DNA of 64,000 nucleotides from the NCBI GenBank assembly GCA_017654855.1, contig CM030338.1, positions 3,348,001 through 3,412,000 of the forward strand. The letters are read 5' to 3'. Each line of letters begins with the position of its first letter. Position 1 is the stretch's first letter. Of this stretch, positions 1 through 13,140 are shown one piece after another. The position numbers were made by a program, and so were the translations under genes. The notes beneath the pieces were generated by a model. That model saw nothing but the letters and a program-made list of their open reading frames with translations. It made no database searches and had not been told where the DNA came from. Source of the stretch: Podospora anserina (lineage: Eukaryota).

Positions 1-841
1 TCCATGGAGCTCAAAGCCTTCTCAGCCTCGGGACGGTCGCGGAAAGCAACGAAGCCATAACCGCGAGAACGGCCAGTCTTCATATCCCACATGACACGAG
101 CCTCGGAAACCGAGCCGAAAGCGGAAAAGGCCTGAAGAAGGACCTCATCGTTGACCTCGTTAGAAAGATCGCCAACAAAGATGTGGAAGTGGTTGGAAGT
201 GTCCTCCTTGTTCGTGTTGTTCGACTGATAAGCCCAGTTGACACGAATTTCCTGTACAGAAAAAGCGTCAGCTTCAAGTAACAAATCATCCAAGAAAACT
301 CGAACTTACAGCCTGGTGAACACGACGGCCGTTCAAAGTCTGCATGGCACGCTCAGCCGAGCCGGGATCATCATATTCAACGAAGCCATAATTGTAACCC
401 TTCGCCTGTGGCATTCAAGTCAGTCAATGTTGCTTTGTATCAGGCCATGAACTCGACAGTGCGACTCACGTTCTTGTCCGGGATGATCTTGACGTTCTGG
501 ACGTGTCCAGTGGTCTCGAAGATTTGACGGAGAACGTCTTCGGTGACGCGGGGGTCGAGGCCACCCACGTAAAGGGCCCTCTTGTTGGGCTCGGGAGCGG
601 CACGACGGGCGAAGGGGCCACCGCTCGTGGGAGAGATGATCCCACTCTTGTCGCCGCCGCCCAACGGCGATGTGATCGCAGTTGGGATGGGGTTGGTGTT
701 CTGCGGGATATGGAGGGGCGGCGGGGGCATGTGCGCCGGGTTGCCATTGCCCTGGCCGTTCTCGTAGCCGGGCGCGCCGGCGTTGGCCTGGGGAGGAGGG
801 GGGAGTTGGCCGGAGGCCGAAGCGGAACCGTTGTCAGCCAT
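1..841 (-). CDS. PUB1: Polyadenylated-RNA-binding RRM protein, Pub1/TIA-1 family (5' part; runs off window start)
   Basis: ATG at 841 (MADNGSAS). RRM1 reads [21 protein letters not shown]...[10 protein letters not shown] across introns at about 469-406 and 309-252. RRM2 reads [17 protein letters not shown]...SRGYGFVAF. Confidence 0.9.
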
Positions 842-2323
842 TTTGTTTGTTTGTTCGCTGGTGGCCGATGGATGTTTATACGGAAGTTCTTGAAGAGTTC
901 GAAGAATCGCGACGTTGGGCGAAGCTGGCAAGGAAGACTGTCGTCTTCTTGGCAAAAGAAAGCCCCACTGTGAAGCTGGGCCGGCAAGGAAGCAAGCGAG
1001 CAAGAATACTTTGCGAAAGAAAAGAACCGGAGTGCTGGTTCCTGTTGTCGCAAAGCGGAGAGAGATGTGAAAGAAGAGGAAAAGCGTCAAATAGAGCAGA
1101 AAAATTTCCGACTCTTGTAGTTGCGACTGAACCTGGCGGGGCTGTTTTGAGCCTGGCCAACGATGCGAGATGCGGAAAGCGGGGGGGATAACGACAGCGT
1201 CAGCGCCTCCTTCCCGGTGTCGATGGATTCCGTTGAGTTCCGCGCCGAGAGTGTACGGGGGTAGAAGCTTGGAGTTGAGGGCTGTCGTCCTAGCTTTGCG
1301 ATACTTGCGATATGACAGCTAACGGTAGGAAAGCGGAGACAAGCTCAGCCAGGCAAAACTGAAAGGTAAGGTTGGTGATGATGATAAGAGAAACCGAGAC
1401 CAACAGTGAAAAAAACAGACAATCAAAGGAGAAACCCCCGAGAGTTGCTAGCAGCTGGCAGCCCGGTATCTGCGCCGACTACTTGACGAAGGAGAGGGGA
1501 AACAAGAGAGAAAAAACCCAGAGAGTGAGGAGAGCAAGGAGGTGATGGGAGGGGAAGGATTTTGCTCCAATCGTGCCATTGTCCTGGAATTGAGAGAAGC
1601 GGCACACAGTGCGGCGGCACCTTGATTGGGAGGGACGGCCTGGCCCCTCTGGAGCACGCTATGCCTATCGGTGATCCGTGCTCTGAAGTCGTCCCGTGTG
1701 TCTCCCTGCAGGGCAGCTGTCAATTGGCCTGGATGTAGTGGCCAGCCTTCTATCACGCAAGGCTATCTACGGGGAACCGAGGAGGGGTGGTGTTGGTGTT
1801 GGTGGGAGCGTTTACCGGGCACCAACCATTAACGGAGGCTGTTTGGGACCATCTAGAGAGAGATGGAGAGACGAGTACAAGTGCAACTGGACTCGTAATG
1901 GTACGCTTCGAACACAATCACCTAGTTGCCTGTTTGCGTTCTGGATGTGGCGTGTTTGCTAGCCGAGTCTTTGGCTGTCCCAAGCAAGGCCAAGTGAAGT
2001 GACATGCATGCATGTTCCAAAGCATTCGCATCTTGTGCGTCTCACCCCAAGGCAACATCTGCCTAGCTGTAGCCCGAGGTGCTAGGGCACACACATGCTT
2101 AAGTTCCTGTCACGCAGGGCCTCGTTGTTTTAAAGACAAAAGGGTCTCCTCCATTTCTTGAGGGGCAAAAAGGGCAAAAGGAGCAAAAGAATACTTGTAT
2201 AATTCGAGTACAAAATCATAAAAACCACAGGAAACCCTGGGTACGCGAGATACAACGCTTCAGCACTGGCCCTGCCCACTGCACCAAAACAAAAAAAATT
2301 AAGCTTAAAGACGGGGATACTTG

Positions 2324-2339
2324 TATATATATATATATA
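2324..2339. repeat. (TA)n microsatellite
   Basis: tatatatatatatata in intergenic DNA. Confidence 0.8.
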
Positions 2340-2990
2340 CATACCTTATCTTTCTGTCGGGCAGATGTTATTTTCACCTACAATCTCTTCTCCGCCAGTT
2401 TGAAAAGGTCTTTCCATCTATTCCTTTGTTGCGTTTGCTCACTGATTGCTTTCGGGTTCACTGGGATAACACTTGTGAGTGAGATAGTGGGGCACTGGGG
2501 GCAGCTCTTAAGAAACGAACTGGCCCCACCCACCTATGGGGTGCCCCACTGGAATTTCTCTCATTGGTCACCAGGCAACGATATACTCTGGAGTAGAGAA
2601 GCGCTGTAAGCAATCAAGTCAGGGTCAACGACTTCAACTTCCAAAGCTTTCAGCAACTGAGAGCAAGGATTTGAGAGCTAAAACCAGGATTTAATATATC
2701 GCCTTTTCAAGTTTGTTTTTCCTTGTCAGGTCCGCTTTTTGGCAAAGACAAACGACTGGAATGGAGATAAGGACCATTGTCAGTTGTTGGTGCGTTTGAG
2801 CGTCTGTTTTCTTCTCGCCAACCACCCAACCAATCCCGCCAAGTCCAACCGTACTCACAAGGAACTCCTGGGACGGACGCGCTCCACGATCCATATCATC
2901 GGTACCACGCAGCACTTCATTCCGGTCCTCGGCCTCAACACCATCTGCCCACTTACCACGGCTGGGTAACATCTTCAGCATCAACTCAGG

Positions 2991-4304
2991 ATGGCGGCAC
3001 CCTCTGCTTTTCAAGTGAGAGCGCCTAAAGTGCCTGTGCTTGAACCTCTTGAGAAGGGACTCAACGAAATAGTACGCTTCTTTTCACAGAAGACCATGGC
3101 ACATGTCTCTGTCTAACACAACCTCCAGCTTGTCCTCACCGGTAAGGCCTTCAGAGCAGCTGGTAAAGACCCCAAGAAGGGAACACCGCAAGAGACAGCC
3201 GCAGCCATCAACGCGCAGGTCCCGGCGGTGATAGGAAGATTCAACAATGCGCTGGATGATCTAGAGTGTGATCTCGTAAGTCAAGGTCTTCCAACCGCCA
3301 GTGGCCAATGAGCAAACACTTAGCAATATCAGCTGCGAGCAAAAGCCGTCCTCCTTCGAGATCTGAATCAGTTGAAGGCAAACCGGAAACCACCCCCACC
3401 GCCAAAGCAAAAGCCGGTAGCTCCTTCAGCTGCCTCCATCCCGCCGGCGCCTATGGAGTCGCCTGTCATGGCAAAGAAATCTCAGGTCTTCAAGGGAAAT
3501 ATGCCAGGCTCCAGTCGACCAGCGCCTTCGCCTGTGGCTGTTCCTGTACATCCCACCAAACAGGAGAACAAACCAGTGGCACCCATTCCAAACATGGGGG
3601 CCATTGATCTCTCGTCTCCCGAACTGAAGCATTCACCCAGTCCGAAAACAGTCCCCCGAAGCAAGCCGGTGAAGAACTCACCGCAGTTGGCTTCAGTGGC
3701 TGCTGCTGCCGCTGCCGCAGGACGACCTGCCAGTGCTCCGCCCAAGAAGGAATCCAAGATCCTCCCACCGCAGATCCCTAGGCCGGGTACTGCGGCACCA
3801 CAGTTTCCTTCCGGGCCTCCTACCATGCAGGCCAAAGCCGCTTCAGTCCCTGCTCGGAACATGTCCGCATCTCCAGCCATGGCGAACAGCACGCCTGTTG
3901 CTGGAGCGGCACCACAACAATCCCAGGGGCTTCCACAGGCCAGCAGCGACAACTTCTTCACCGATATGACCTTTACTGTTGCACCTTCAGCCGAACAGCC
4001 AGGTCAGCACCAGCAACCACAGCAAATCGATCTGACCAAGCTTGATGGTTCGAATAACTTTGGTGTAGGGTCCGGATCATCGACCATGGACGTTGACAAC
4101 GAGATTGACAACTTGTTTGAAGACATAAGCATGAATATGGACTACAATTTGGAAGGAGGTGATTCTGCGGGCGATAACAGCAACTTCAACGACATGTACT
4201 TTGACCTGGAGGCCAGCAGCGGTGCTGCCACTTCGGGCAACAACAATAATAACGGCGGCGGCGGCAATAATCTTGGGCTGGATGATTTCGGGTTCCCTCA
4301 ATAA
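2991..4304 (+). CDS. Hypothetical protein of about 399 aa, possibly Mediator tail subunit Med2/Med29-like
   Basis: Three in-frame exons (2991-3071, 3129-3275, 3333-4304) with GT-AG introns. Helical N-terminus (RFNNALDDLECDLLRAKAVLLRDL), P/A/S-rich middle, acidic-aromatic N/G-rich tail. Confidence 0.7.
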
Positions 4305-4568
4305 TGGGTGGTTATGGCAGAGGCGCGGGGTCTGGAGTTGTTCTTTGAAGCGTTACGGCATAGCGAATGGATCAAACGGAAGTTGCAGGCAAAGTCGAAT
4401 AATTCTTGCGGTCTGTCTTTTTAGTGGTGATATGATATTGAGTAGCACGATGATAAGAACATGAAATATATGCAAACGAATTACTACTTGCAAGTCAACC
4501 CTCAAGGCCCCTGAGTAACAACATGAAATATATACAAAACGAACCACCACTTCCCAGCCAGCAACTCT

Positions 4569-5870
4569 CTAAGGCCCCTGAGTAACAGCATACAACCCCT
4601 GGATCTTTTGCCTGAACCTCTCATTCCTCCACCCCTTCCACTCCCGATCCATCAACCCCCACGTCTCGTCATAATCCACCGTCCCCTCCCTGATATAGTA
4701 ACCACCCTGGATAGCCCAAACAGCCCACTCGGCATCGTTCCCCTCGAGGTACCCCACCAAACAGTCCAAATATCTATGATCCTGCTCGTTGAGGCCCCCG
4801 TACTGAGAGTCGACCTCACTCCCCTGCATCCCAACCCCAAACTCGCTCATGATTAAAGGTCCAGTGTAGGGCCTGTCCTGCTCCAGCACAAACCCAGACC
4901 AGAACCCATACCCAGCCTTGACCAAGTCACAGTTTTTGAACGGGTCGGGGAATGTCACGGTGAAAGAGTAAGCGTGCATCTCCCAGACGTTTTTCCCCTC
5001 CCACCCGGAGGTGTCGAGCATTCTGGTCTTTAGATGCACCAGATCAGTTGACGACTGGGCGCCCCCGACGAGGATGAGCAAGTCTTTGTTTGCTTGATGG
5101 ACTAGATTGCCCGCTCTCTGGATGTTGGCGTACCAGTCCCTTCTGCCGTTCAAGTCCTGCAGGAGAAACGCGCGAAGTTCGTTACGTAAACCGAGGCCGA
5201 CGACGCCGGGGTGGGACTTTGCCCAGGTGGCCATGAAGGCTAGGGAGGAGAGCCAGGATGAGGTGGAAAAGAAGCGGGAGTTGAAGGGGTTGTAGCCGGA
5301 GGCGGTGTCCCACCAGCCGTTGCCGTCGGTGAGGTTGCAGCACCAGGAGGCTTTGGAGACGTGGTTGTCGAGGATGGTGATTATTCCTTTTGACCAGAGG
5401 GTGTCGACTACGGCGGCAAAAACGTCGAGGGTGGTGGTGTTGGGGGTTATCCAGGGGTTTTTGGTGATTATCAGGGGGTAGATGTCGTTTATCAGGGCGG
5501 GTCTGGACTGCTGCTGGGAGACGGTGGTGAAGGAGGTGTGGACGGGGGTGGTGGGGCCGGAGAAGGTGAGGTCGGAGGAGAAGGTGAGGCGGACGCAGTT
5601 GAAGTTTTGGGTGGCGATCCAGGTGGTGATGTAGTCGAGGGGTTGGCGGTGGAGGCCCTCGGGGATGTTTGTCTCCAGATGGCCGGCCCAGTTGATGCAG
5701 CGGAGTTTGACGCGCTTGTTATTTGCGTCGAGGATCCAGCGGGAGGAGGTTGATAGGGGGAGGGGTGGGGGGGTAATCACTCCCGGGGTTGGGGCTGGGT
5801 CTTGAGGGAGAGGGTTGGGGAGGGCGGATATGCCCGTGACGAGGGAGAGAAGGAGTGACAGGACCTTCAT
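4569..5870 (-). CDS. Secreted glycoside hydrolase family 5 (probably endo-beta-1,6-galactanase-like subfamily)
   Basis: Signal peptide MKVLSLLLSLVTGISA from ATG 5870. GH5 motifs FNCVRLT, ILDNH, GLRNELR (acid/base Glu), IMSEFG (nucleophile Glu), WAVWA. Intronless. Confidence 0.88.
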   Translation of the reverse strand: MKVLSLLLSLVTGISALPNPLPQDPAPTPGVITPPPLPLSTSSRWILDANNKRVKLRCINWAGHLETNIPEGLHRQPLDYITTWIATQNFNCVRLTFSSDLTFSGPTTPVHTSFTTVSQQQSRPALINDIYPLIITKNPWITPNTTTLDVFAAVVDTLWSKGIITILDNHVSKASWCCNLTDGNGWWDTASGYNPFNSRFFSTSSWLSSLAFMATWAKSHPGVVGLGLRNELRAFLLQDLNGRRDWYANIQRAGNLVHQANKDLLILVGGAQSSTDLVHLKTRMLDTSGWEGKNVWEMHAYSFTVTFPDPFKNCDLVKAGYGFWSGFVLEQDRPYTGPLIMSEFGVGMQGSEVDSQYGGLNEQDHRYLDCLVGYLEGNDAEWAVWAIQGGYYIREGTVDYDETWGLMDREWKGWRNERFRQKIQGLYAVTQGP

Positions 5871-7560
5871 GGTGCTGGTTGAAGAAACAAACCTGCTCAG
5901 AGGAAATAGAAAGGGAAGCCTCAAAGGGTAGATATACCCTCCCCTGGACGAGTCAAGTCTTCCCCCCGGTGACAAGCAACGGTTATTAGCCCCCTCTCGG
6001 TAGGACAGAGTATTATTTGACAAAGTAATCAGTCTCTCAAACACCAATCATGAAAACCACCATCCAAAAAAACGAGTGTAAGGTATGAAGAAGGAATCGT
6101 GAACCACAAAAAGTCCAAGAACCCCTTACACTCTCGCCACCGTCCATACCACCCATCTATATACCCTCCCATCTCAACGAACATCCTCACCTACACCACC
6201 CATTAGCCACCCCCTATCCTTTCCCTCCCCTCTCACAGGCTGGATAGGTCACCGGTCAAACAACCAATAACCAAACAAAACCCGGGTGGGTTACAATCTG
6301 CCATCAAAAACAGGGTTTCGTACCTCCGTGACGTTACCTACCTACCACCACCGCTCACCGCACACGTTTCCATCAAGTTGATCCCCCAAACCCCATGGAA
6401 AAAAAAACAATCATTCGGTAGTAATCAACAGAGTCAAAGCTGACTTTGTATGTTACCTTTCTTCCTAACCCCATGCCCAACCCATCTGATTGGCCACCCA
6501 TTAGATACGCACCTGTGACCGGGCTTTTCCTCTTCAACGAATAACAGCCCTACCCTCACATCCCAAACCCCTTGCAGCATATTTAGTCCCTTTCCATTCG
6601 TATTATTCCTTAAAACCCTTCGCTCCCCTAAATCTGCGAAAGAACGGGATCAAATATTGCCACCATCAAGAAGGCAAAACGAGCTCTACTTGCTCCCGTC
6701 CGCCAGAGAATCACTCGGCGAAAGAGCAAGTAAGTCAGGCACAGCTATCTGATTGGTCGGATGAAAATAGTGTTGAGTTTTGGCACCCAAACGCCAACCA
6801 CATGGACAACACTCCCACCATGTGATGATGCGGGGGCTAATAACTTTCATATGTAAATGTGAGGCCTCAGCCTGCGTGATGGCTTGTCTCGGATACCCAT
6901 CTCTCTTGTGTTGTACAACAAACATCACGTCAAACCCGTCTCAGTCTGGTGACGCTTCAAGTCAAATGCTCATACACGGGAAAAGAAGGCCAGGGATTAC
7001 AGGTCAGCACCCCGAATAATATTATTCCAAAATGCTACTCTCTCTTTCCCCCAACTTCCACACCACATCTTCACCCTCTATCTCTCCACCCCAAACCTCA
7101 ATCTTATTAAACCCCCACCCATAAATATATACCTACAACCCTCTCATCATTGCTATGTCTGCGTCATAAAGTCGTAAAGTGAAACATTAACAAAGTCCAA
7201 AAAACGAACGCACTTTCTCAACGCTATTACCAAAGCAAGCAGCCCGCCATGCTCATGCTTCTGTACCACCAAAAAAAAACAGTGATGTGTGTGCCATGCA
7301 TGCATACGCCAAAACTATATGTGCTAAGCCCAACCCCAAAAGTCTGTCGTGATGTGATGAGACAACAACTCCAGTCAAACTCACCTCTCTGTCCGAGACA
7401 AGAAAAGAGTGACTTGGCTTGTCTCATCGGGTATTCCGACAGTGTGAAAAAAAAAGGAAGAAAAAAAAAGAGAAACATGTCCAACGAACCAGAAACAAGG
7501 GTATCTATCCTTTTTGAAGAGCCAACAATGAAAATGAACACGAAAAAGAAAAAAAAAGAT

Positions 7561-8889
7561 TCAAGCAGCGGGAGGGGCGGGTGCTGGCGCTGCCACCTTG
7601 GCTTCGAGTTCCCTCCTCTTGGCCAAGAGGCTTTTGAATGCTCCCAGGCATCGAACCAGCGCCTCCTCGTCTGTCGCGCAAAACTTGTAGCTCTTCTCGT
7701 CCGTGATGATCTGCAAGCAGTGCTTCTTCGTCCTGCTCATGGGGTCGATATCGACCACGTTGACAATGTTGGATAGGTAGGCGATGAACAAAACTGACGA
7801 CTCCGAGTCGTCCTTGTAAAGCTTGAAGTTTCTGGGTCGCAGTACGGCCCATGACTTCTTCCACTGTCGCACACCTCCCTTGCTCCTCAAAAAAGACATC
7901 CACCCTTGCCAGATGATCCGGTCAGGGTCTTGCTCGAGATTGATGCCGCTTGCCTGGCTGGCACTAGGTACGGCTTGCGCCCCTAGTACTCCTCCTCCTT
8001 GCGGCGCCTTGCTTGGTCCGCTCGATGCCGTTGGGGGAGACTGGACGCCAAGACTCTCAAATGACGCCCCGTGAACCCTCTGGACATCATAATCTGAAAA
8101 GTCCGAATGCGATGCGAGCTCAGTTCCCGACATGCCCGAGGATTCCAGATGCGATGGCCGCCGCGGGGAGGGCCTGGCAAAGGTTCGTGGCGGGGGTTCG
8201 AGCGGCTCTGGGGAGCTTGATGCGAGCCGATCCATTGCGCTCGCAGTGTTCTGCGGGTCTACTTCGTGAGTCGGAGAGGTGTTGAAGAAACAAGGCCGTC
8301 GCACTGCCGGGCTCGCCAAAAACATCTCTTCCTCCTCCTCTTCTATCCTGGCACCCTGTCTGATCAGATCCACCCATTCTTGCGCATCTTGCTGAGACGA
8401 AGCCTGAAAGTGGTAGTTTTTGGAGGGCGAAAACAAGCCAAACACATTCGGGCGCTTGTTCTTGGGGTCTTTGAGCATGGCGACGGCAGTCAGATCTGCC
8501 AGGTGGACCTTGTGTCGGAGTTTTTCCTCTTTATCCGACTTGTAGATTGAGAGTGTGCTTGGGCGAAGGACGATGTAGCAAGTTCTCCATGTCTACACAA
8601 TGCCTTGTTAGTTATCATGACACGCACAGTCCAAGTTCAATGGTCCACCTACCTTTGTCTTTCGCGCACGCTTCTGTACGTAGCCACTCTTGATAACCCG
8701 GTCAAACTCGAAACTGCCATTTTGGTTGACTGGAGAGTAGGTGTCTGCAAGGCGGCTCATCAACCTGGCTGTCGGCTGCGGTGGGATCGCAATAGAGGTA
8801 GGCGGGAGCTCGACGTATTCGCGACGAGCCTCTTCTGGCTTGGCACCAAGCGACATGGTCGCCAACTGTGTCTGAACCTCGGCGGCCAT
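7561..8889 (-). CDS. Tandem PH-domain protein (Opy1-like)
   Basis: PH1 reads VIKSGYVQKRARKTK/TWR...YHFQASSQQDAQEWVDLIR. PH2 reads IIWQGWMSFL...KQW-like RQWKKSWAVLR...YKFCATDEEAL. One intron at about 8593-8652. Confidence 0.85.
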
Positions 8890-10366
8890 GGTGTTTTGTG
8901 CATGTAGATGAGAGGTAGTATCGAGCAGTGAGTAGAGGGTTGGTCGATCGATCGGGTTGACGGGAATGCTAAGCGAAGGACACCCTCGTGGTAAAAGACA
9001 GAATATATGACCGAGCCCGAATGACAGGTGGTCAAGTGGTGTGAAGGCGTGGGCAGAGCAGGAGAAAGCGGCGCAGGGGCTCCCGATGTTGAGATGCAGG
9101 AACCAACCGATCGCAAGAAAAATAACAAGTCCAACACCACGAGTGGGTCACAGTTCCCAAGATGCGTGGAATGTCAGTGTCTTGTGCCCCAGGATTGCTT
9201 CACAAGGCGCGCACCGCAGGACCGGACGAGTCCGCTGGGCTCGTGCCGCAACAGGCTGTGGGTGGTGAAACCGTCTGCAAAGCTGGGCGTTGCCAACCAC
9301 CAGATGTTGTCAGGATGGCCTCCGAAGATGCGGCCTGTTTGTTATAGTCTATGTTAGCTGAGTCGTAGCCGCGCGCCGACGGTTGAAGCCGGCCAACTCG
9401 AGCTTAATGTGTTTCTCGGAACTCGTGAGCTGTTGCTGGGTCGGTTCGAAAAGACGAGGCGAGAATCTCCATCTGAATATACGGAAAGTACAGTTTTGTT
9501 TGTTTGTTTGGAAGGGCGGCGATATTAAAAGTCCAAAAACAAAGAAGACGAGACAAAAAGACGAGTGAGCGTGAGACTGCGACTGGGTTTCAGAGATGAC
9601 GGCGGCTCTCCACCGTTGGCTTTTGTATTGCATTCCAGGGGCTGATTGGTGCATCGGTGGTGGACAAGCATCATGCCCGGGTGGGTCAGCGCCAATCTGC
9701 CGGCTGCCAATGTCGCCAAGACCCATCCGACAGGGCAAAAAGCTGGGGAAATGCTTCTTTTTCTTTGCTGATGGTGGAGGGGCTTTCGACATCATCGCGC
9801 TGCTCTGCTTCCATAATTACGTAGTCGAAATCATGCTGCATACTGAAGCAGCAATCACGAGGACTGCAAATACCTACAGTACATACACGGGCAGGCAGAG
9901 ACTTATGCAATGCAGCCAGAAGAATGAAACGGGTTTCTCAGGCCGTTGGGGTGTCCCACCCAAATCCAATAGACCGGAGATGAGAAATTGATGGACGAGA
10001 AATGAGGGGTGGGTTTCGGGCTCGGCGGAGATCACACTGTTCTCACGACAACACACAACCTTCCGAACCGACCGGTGTCGACCGAAGAAGGGAAGGTCGG
10101 TTCTGTCCGAGTTGGAGGGGGCAAGGCTTCCGATTGTTTGTGGAGATGCGTCTCATCGCAGCATCCGGAATGACAAACGTTGCCGGGGAGGAGTCAGCCG
10201 GTCAGTGATGGTAAGAGCAAGACGCCATTGGCTGGCCGGACTGACTTTGAACCGTCAGTTGACTTACAAGTGACACTATCTACTACAAGATGCTTTTGAA
10301 CGCCTTGCCTAGCCATCATGTGTGACTTGACACCCATCACTCAACGATAGCTCCAAGCTCACCATC

Positions 10367-11603
10367 ATGGCCGCCTCCAAGTCCCATCCCAAGAGCCAGC
10401 AGGTGGCCGAGCAGGTTCAGGAAGAACTCAACGGCACCCCGTACAAGCTCACATCTCTTGAACCCTTGTCAGGAGGACTTGCCAATTTCCTCTTCAGAGG
10501 TCGTCTCACCAATCCGTTACCCGACTCGTCCCACGATGTTGCCATCAAGCATGGAGAGAGCTTCATTGCTGGAATGCCCGAAAGTGACTGGGTGATTCCC
10601 ACAACTCGCTGCGTTAAGTTTCCGGCCGTTTTAGCTACAACTCGATGTCACTAACACACACCAGCAAGTAGAGGAAGAGTGTCTCAAAGCCATTCAAAGC
10701 ATGCCAATTCCAGAAGCGCCCTGTGTGACCCGGACACCCAAACTCTACTACTACAACTCGGATACCAACACTCAAGTCCAGGAATATCTCCCAGATGCCA
10801 TCAGTCTCAAGGACTACGCCCTCAAGCACTTCTCCGCAACCCGTGATGTGTCCAGAAAACCAGCATGTCTCGACATTGGCAAGAGTCTAGGCATATGGCT
10901 CCGCAGTTTCCACCACTGGGCAAATCAGTCAGAGCAGTCTGGTCTGCGTGGAGCACTAAAGTTGAATGCCAACCTCCAAGAACTGAGACACATGACCAAT
11001 TACCAGACGTTGGTTAGTGATGTTGACACTTGTCCAGAGATACTCTCGGATGCAAAGGAGGTCTTTGAGAAAGTGGAGAGAATGGCAGCAGAAGAACTTG
11101 GGAGCGGGAAGTTGGAAGTCATACATGGTGACTTCTGGACGGGAAAGTAAGTCGATACCCAGCACCCTTGTGTCGGTCCCATTGTTCACAGTATCCCCAG
11201 CACACTTCTCGCAGACCAGCCCCTTGAAGATGGCCAACGCCCAAACATCTTCATCGTAGACTGGGAAATGTGCCAGCTCAACGTCCACCCCCTTGATCTA
11301 GGACAAATGATGGCCGAACTCTACGAACTATTCCTCTTCAAGGGCATCGAAGAAGGCAAGTGGATCATCGAGGGTTTTGTCTCTGGTTACGGCAACATCG
11401 ACGACAAATTCGCCTATCGCATTGCCATCCAACTCGGCACTCACCTCATCGTCTGGGGATCTCGCGCCCAAGGCTGGGGTACAGAAGAGCAAGTCGCAGA
11501 AGTGATGGCAAAAGGCAAGGAAATCATTGTCAAGGCGTGGCATGAAGATCGCACGTGGTTTGAGGCAGGAGATTTGGCTTGTCTGTTTAGTGGCAGGTCG
11601 TGA
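10367..11603 (+). CDS. APH/choline-kinase-fold small-molecule phosphotransferase (PsiK/methylthioribose-kinase-like)
   Basis: Exons 10367-10612, 10665-11146, 11201-11603 join in frame. Motifs LSGGLANF, VAIKH, HGDFWTGN, IVDWE, LDLGQ. Confidence 0.85.
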
Positions 11604-12149
11604 TCTGCGATTTCCGTGATCCGCGGGGTGGTTTTGCCGGCGGCGGCTGTTGGGTGGTTGTGGTGATGTGAGACGAGAGGGCAAACAGCCGCCTTTACCA
11701 CCATTTCCCGCCTTGGGAAGTCCGGATGGGGGAATGACGGCTCGTCGAAACTGGAGAGGCAAGTATGCAAGATTTTGACAAGACGGATTGGTTCCTGCTG
11801 GGCTTTGAAACTCTGGACGGCGAGTCTCAAGAGGCCGGCTCGGTCTGCAAAACACGGCGGATTGGAATTCCGAGTGTTCCGGAATTGCATCAATGATCTG
11901 GCCTGTTGGTTCGTCTGGGATTGAATAAAGACTGTTGCCTCCTTGTTGTATTATGGACGTTGCGTTCATCTTTTCGCTGCTACTGGTGATGCCATATGGG
12001 CTCTGAATTGGAGTCCACCCATTGAGTTATCTCTTTTCACTCGGCTTGGAGTGATGATGCAAGCCCGCTGGCCTCCATAAACTAATCAAAGCACATAGCA
12101 TTTGGGCCTCTAACCAATTCCAGGACTGAAGGGTGTGTAGCCGCAAACA

Positions 12150-13140
12150 ATGGCACCGCGACCCTCTCGTAGATTGAGCTTCTCTAATCCCTTTCTCAAT
12201 CGTTCTGACATATCATAGGGATCCTTCAGGCTCCTCGGGTGGTTCTTGTTGTGGTGTTTCCAATGCTCAACTTTATTCTCTACCGTGAGATTCTCTTCTC
12301 CAAAACCCCTATCGGGTTATGCTCACACAAGCAGTAATCCTCTCCCTTGGCTGCAGCAGCACCTCCCTCAGCGACATCTCCCCAGTCATAGCCCGCACCG
12401 ACAGTCCAATAAACATCGGCGGGCAAGACATTGTCGTCGACCTACGAGTTGGCTTCTATGGTACCCCATCTCCCATCCTATCCGTCCCATCAACTCTGAT
12501 GCTCACCTCCGTCGTAGGAATATGCCTCGGCCCACCCCCCCTCTTCTGCACCTCCTCCTCCAGCATACTCAACCCCAAGCGCGAATCCGACCTCGCTCGC
12601 TCCATCCCGCTGTCCAAAGGCGGCGGAAATTTCGCCCTCGCCGGCCTAGCCCTCAGCCTCCAGTCCAGTTTCATCGTTTTGTCTGGCTTCCCACTTCTAC
12701 TCTCTCTCATCGTCTCGATACTGGCCAACATGATCCAGATATACTTCTCCTCTCAGGGCATGATCGAACTCCACGCCAAAGCGGCCTTGTGGGCGAGGAG
12801 TCTCGACTGGGCGGCTGCTGCGGGGGCAGTGATGGGGTTCAGTGCCTATCAGAGCATTGTTGCTGCTGCGCCGAGGTTGATAAGAGTGTTGATGTCGGGG
12901 GCGATGGTAGACATTAGCGTGGGAGGGACGGCAAGTAGTTTGTTTGCTGGGGTTGTTGCTCTGACGATTCTTGGGGCGGTGATTAACACATTGTTGACTG
13001 GGGGGGATGTAGGGTCTGATGCTTTTGTTGCTGGGAAGACCATGGGGAAGCAAAAGACAACGGCGGGAGGGCAGGTGGGTGATAGGGGGAGGATGTCGAG
13101 GATGTTTATGAGGAGGCCGGCGTATGAGGTGTTTCCTTGA
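12150..13140 (+). CDS. Fig1/SUR7-like (claudin superfamily) multi-pass membrane protein
   Basis: Exons 12150-12168, 12219-12284, 12335-12460, 12518-13140. Motifs ILSLGCSS and spliced RVGFYGICL...FC, plus several hydrophobic helices. Start exon less certain. Confidence 0.65.

Noticed and set aside
5871-6047. N-terminal extension of the GH5 ORF in the ORF track
   Set aside because: Begins at a non-ATG codon; the signal peptide starts at ATG 5870.
11328-11969. 213-aa minus-strand ORF overlapping the 3' end of the APH kinase
   Set aside because: No domain features; nearly half is antisense to a real gene.
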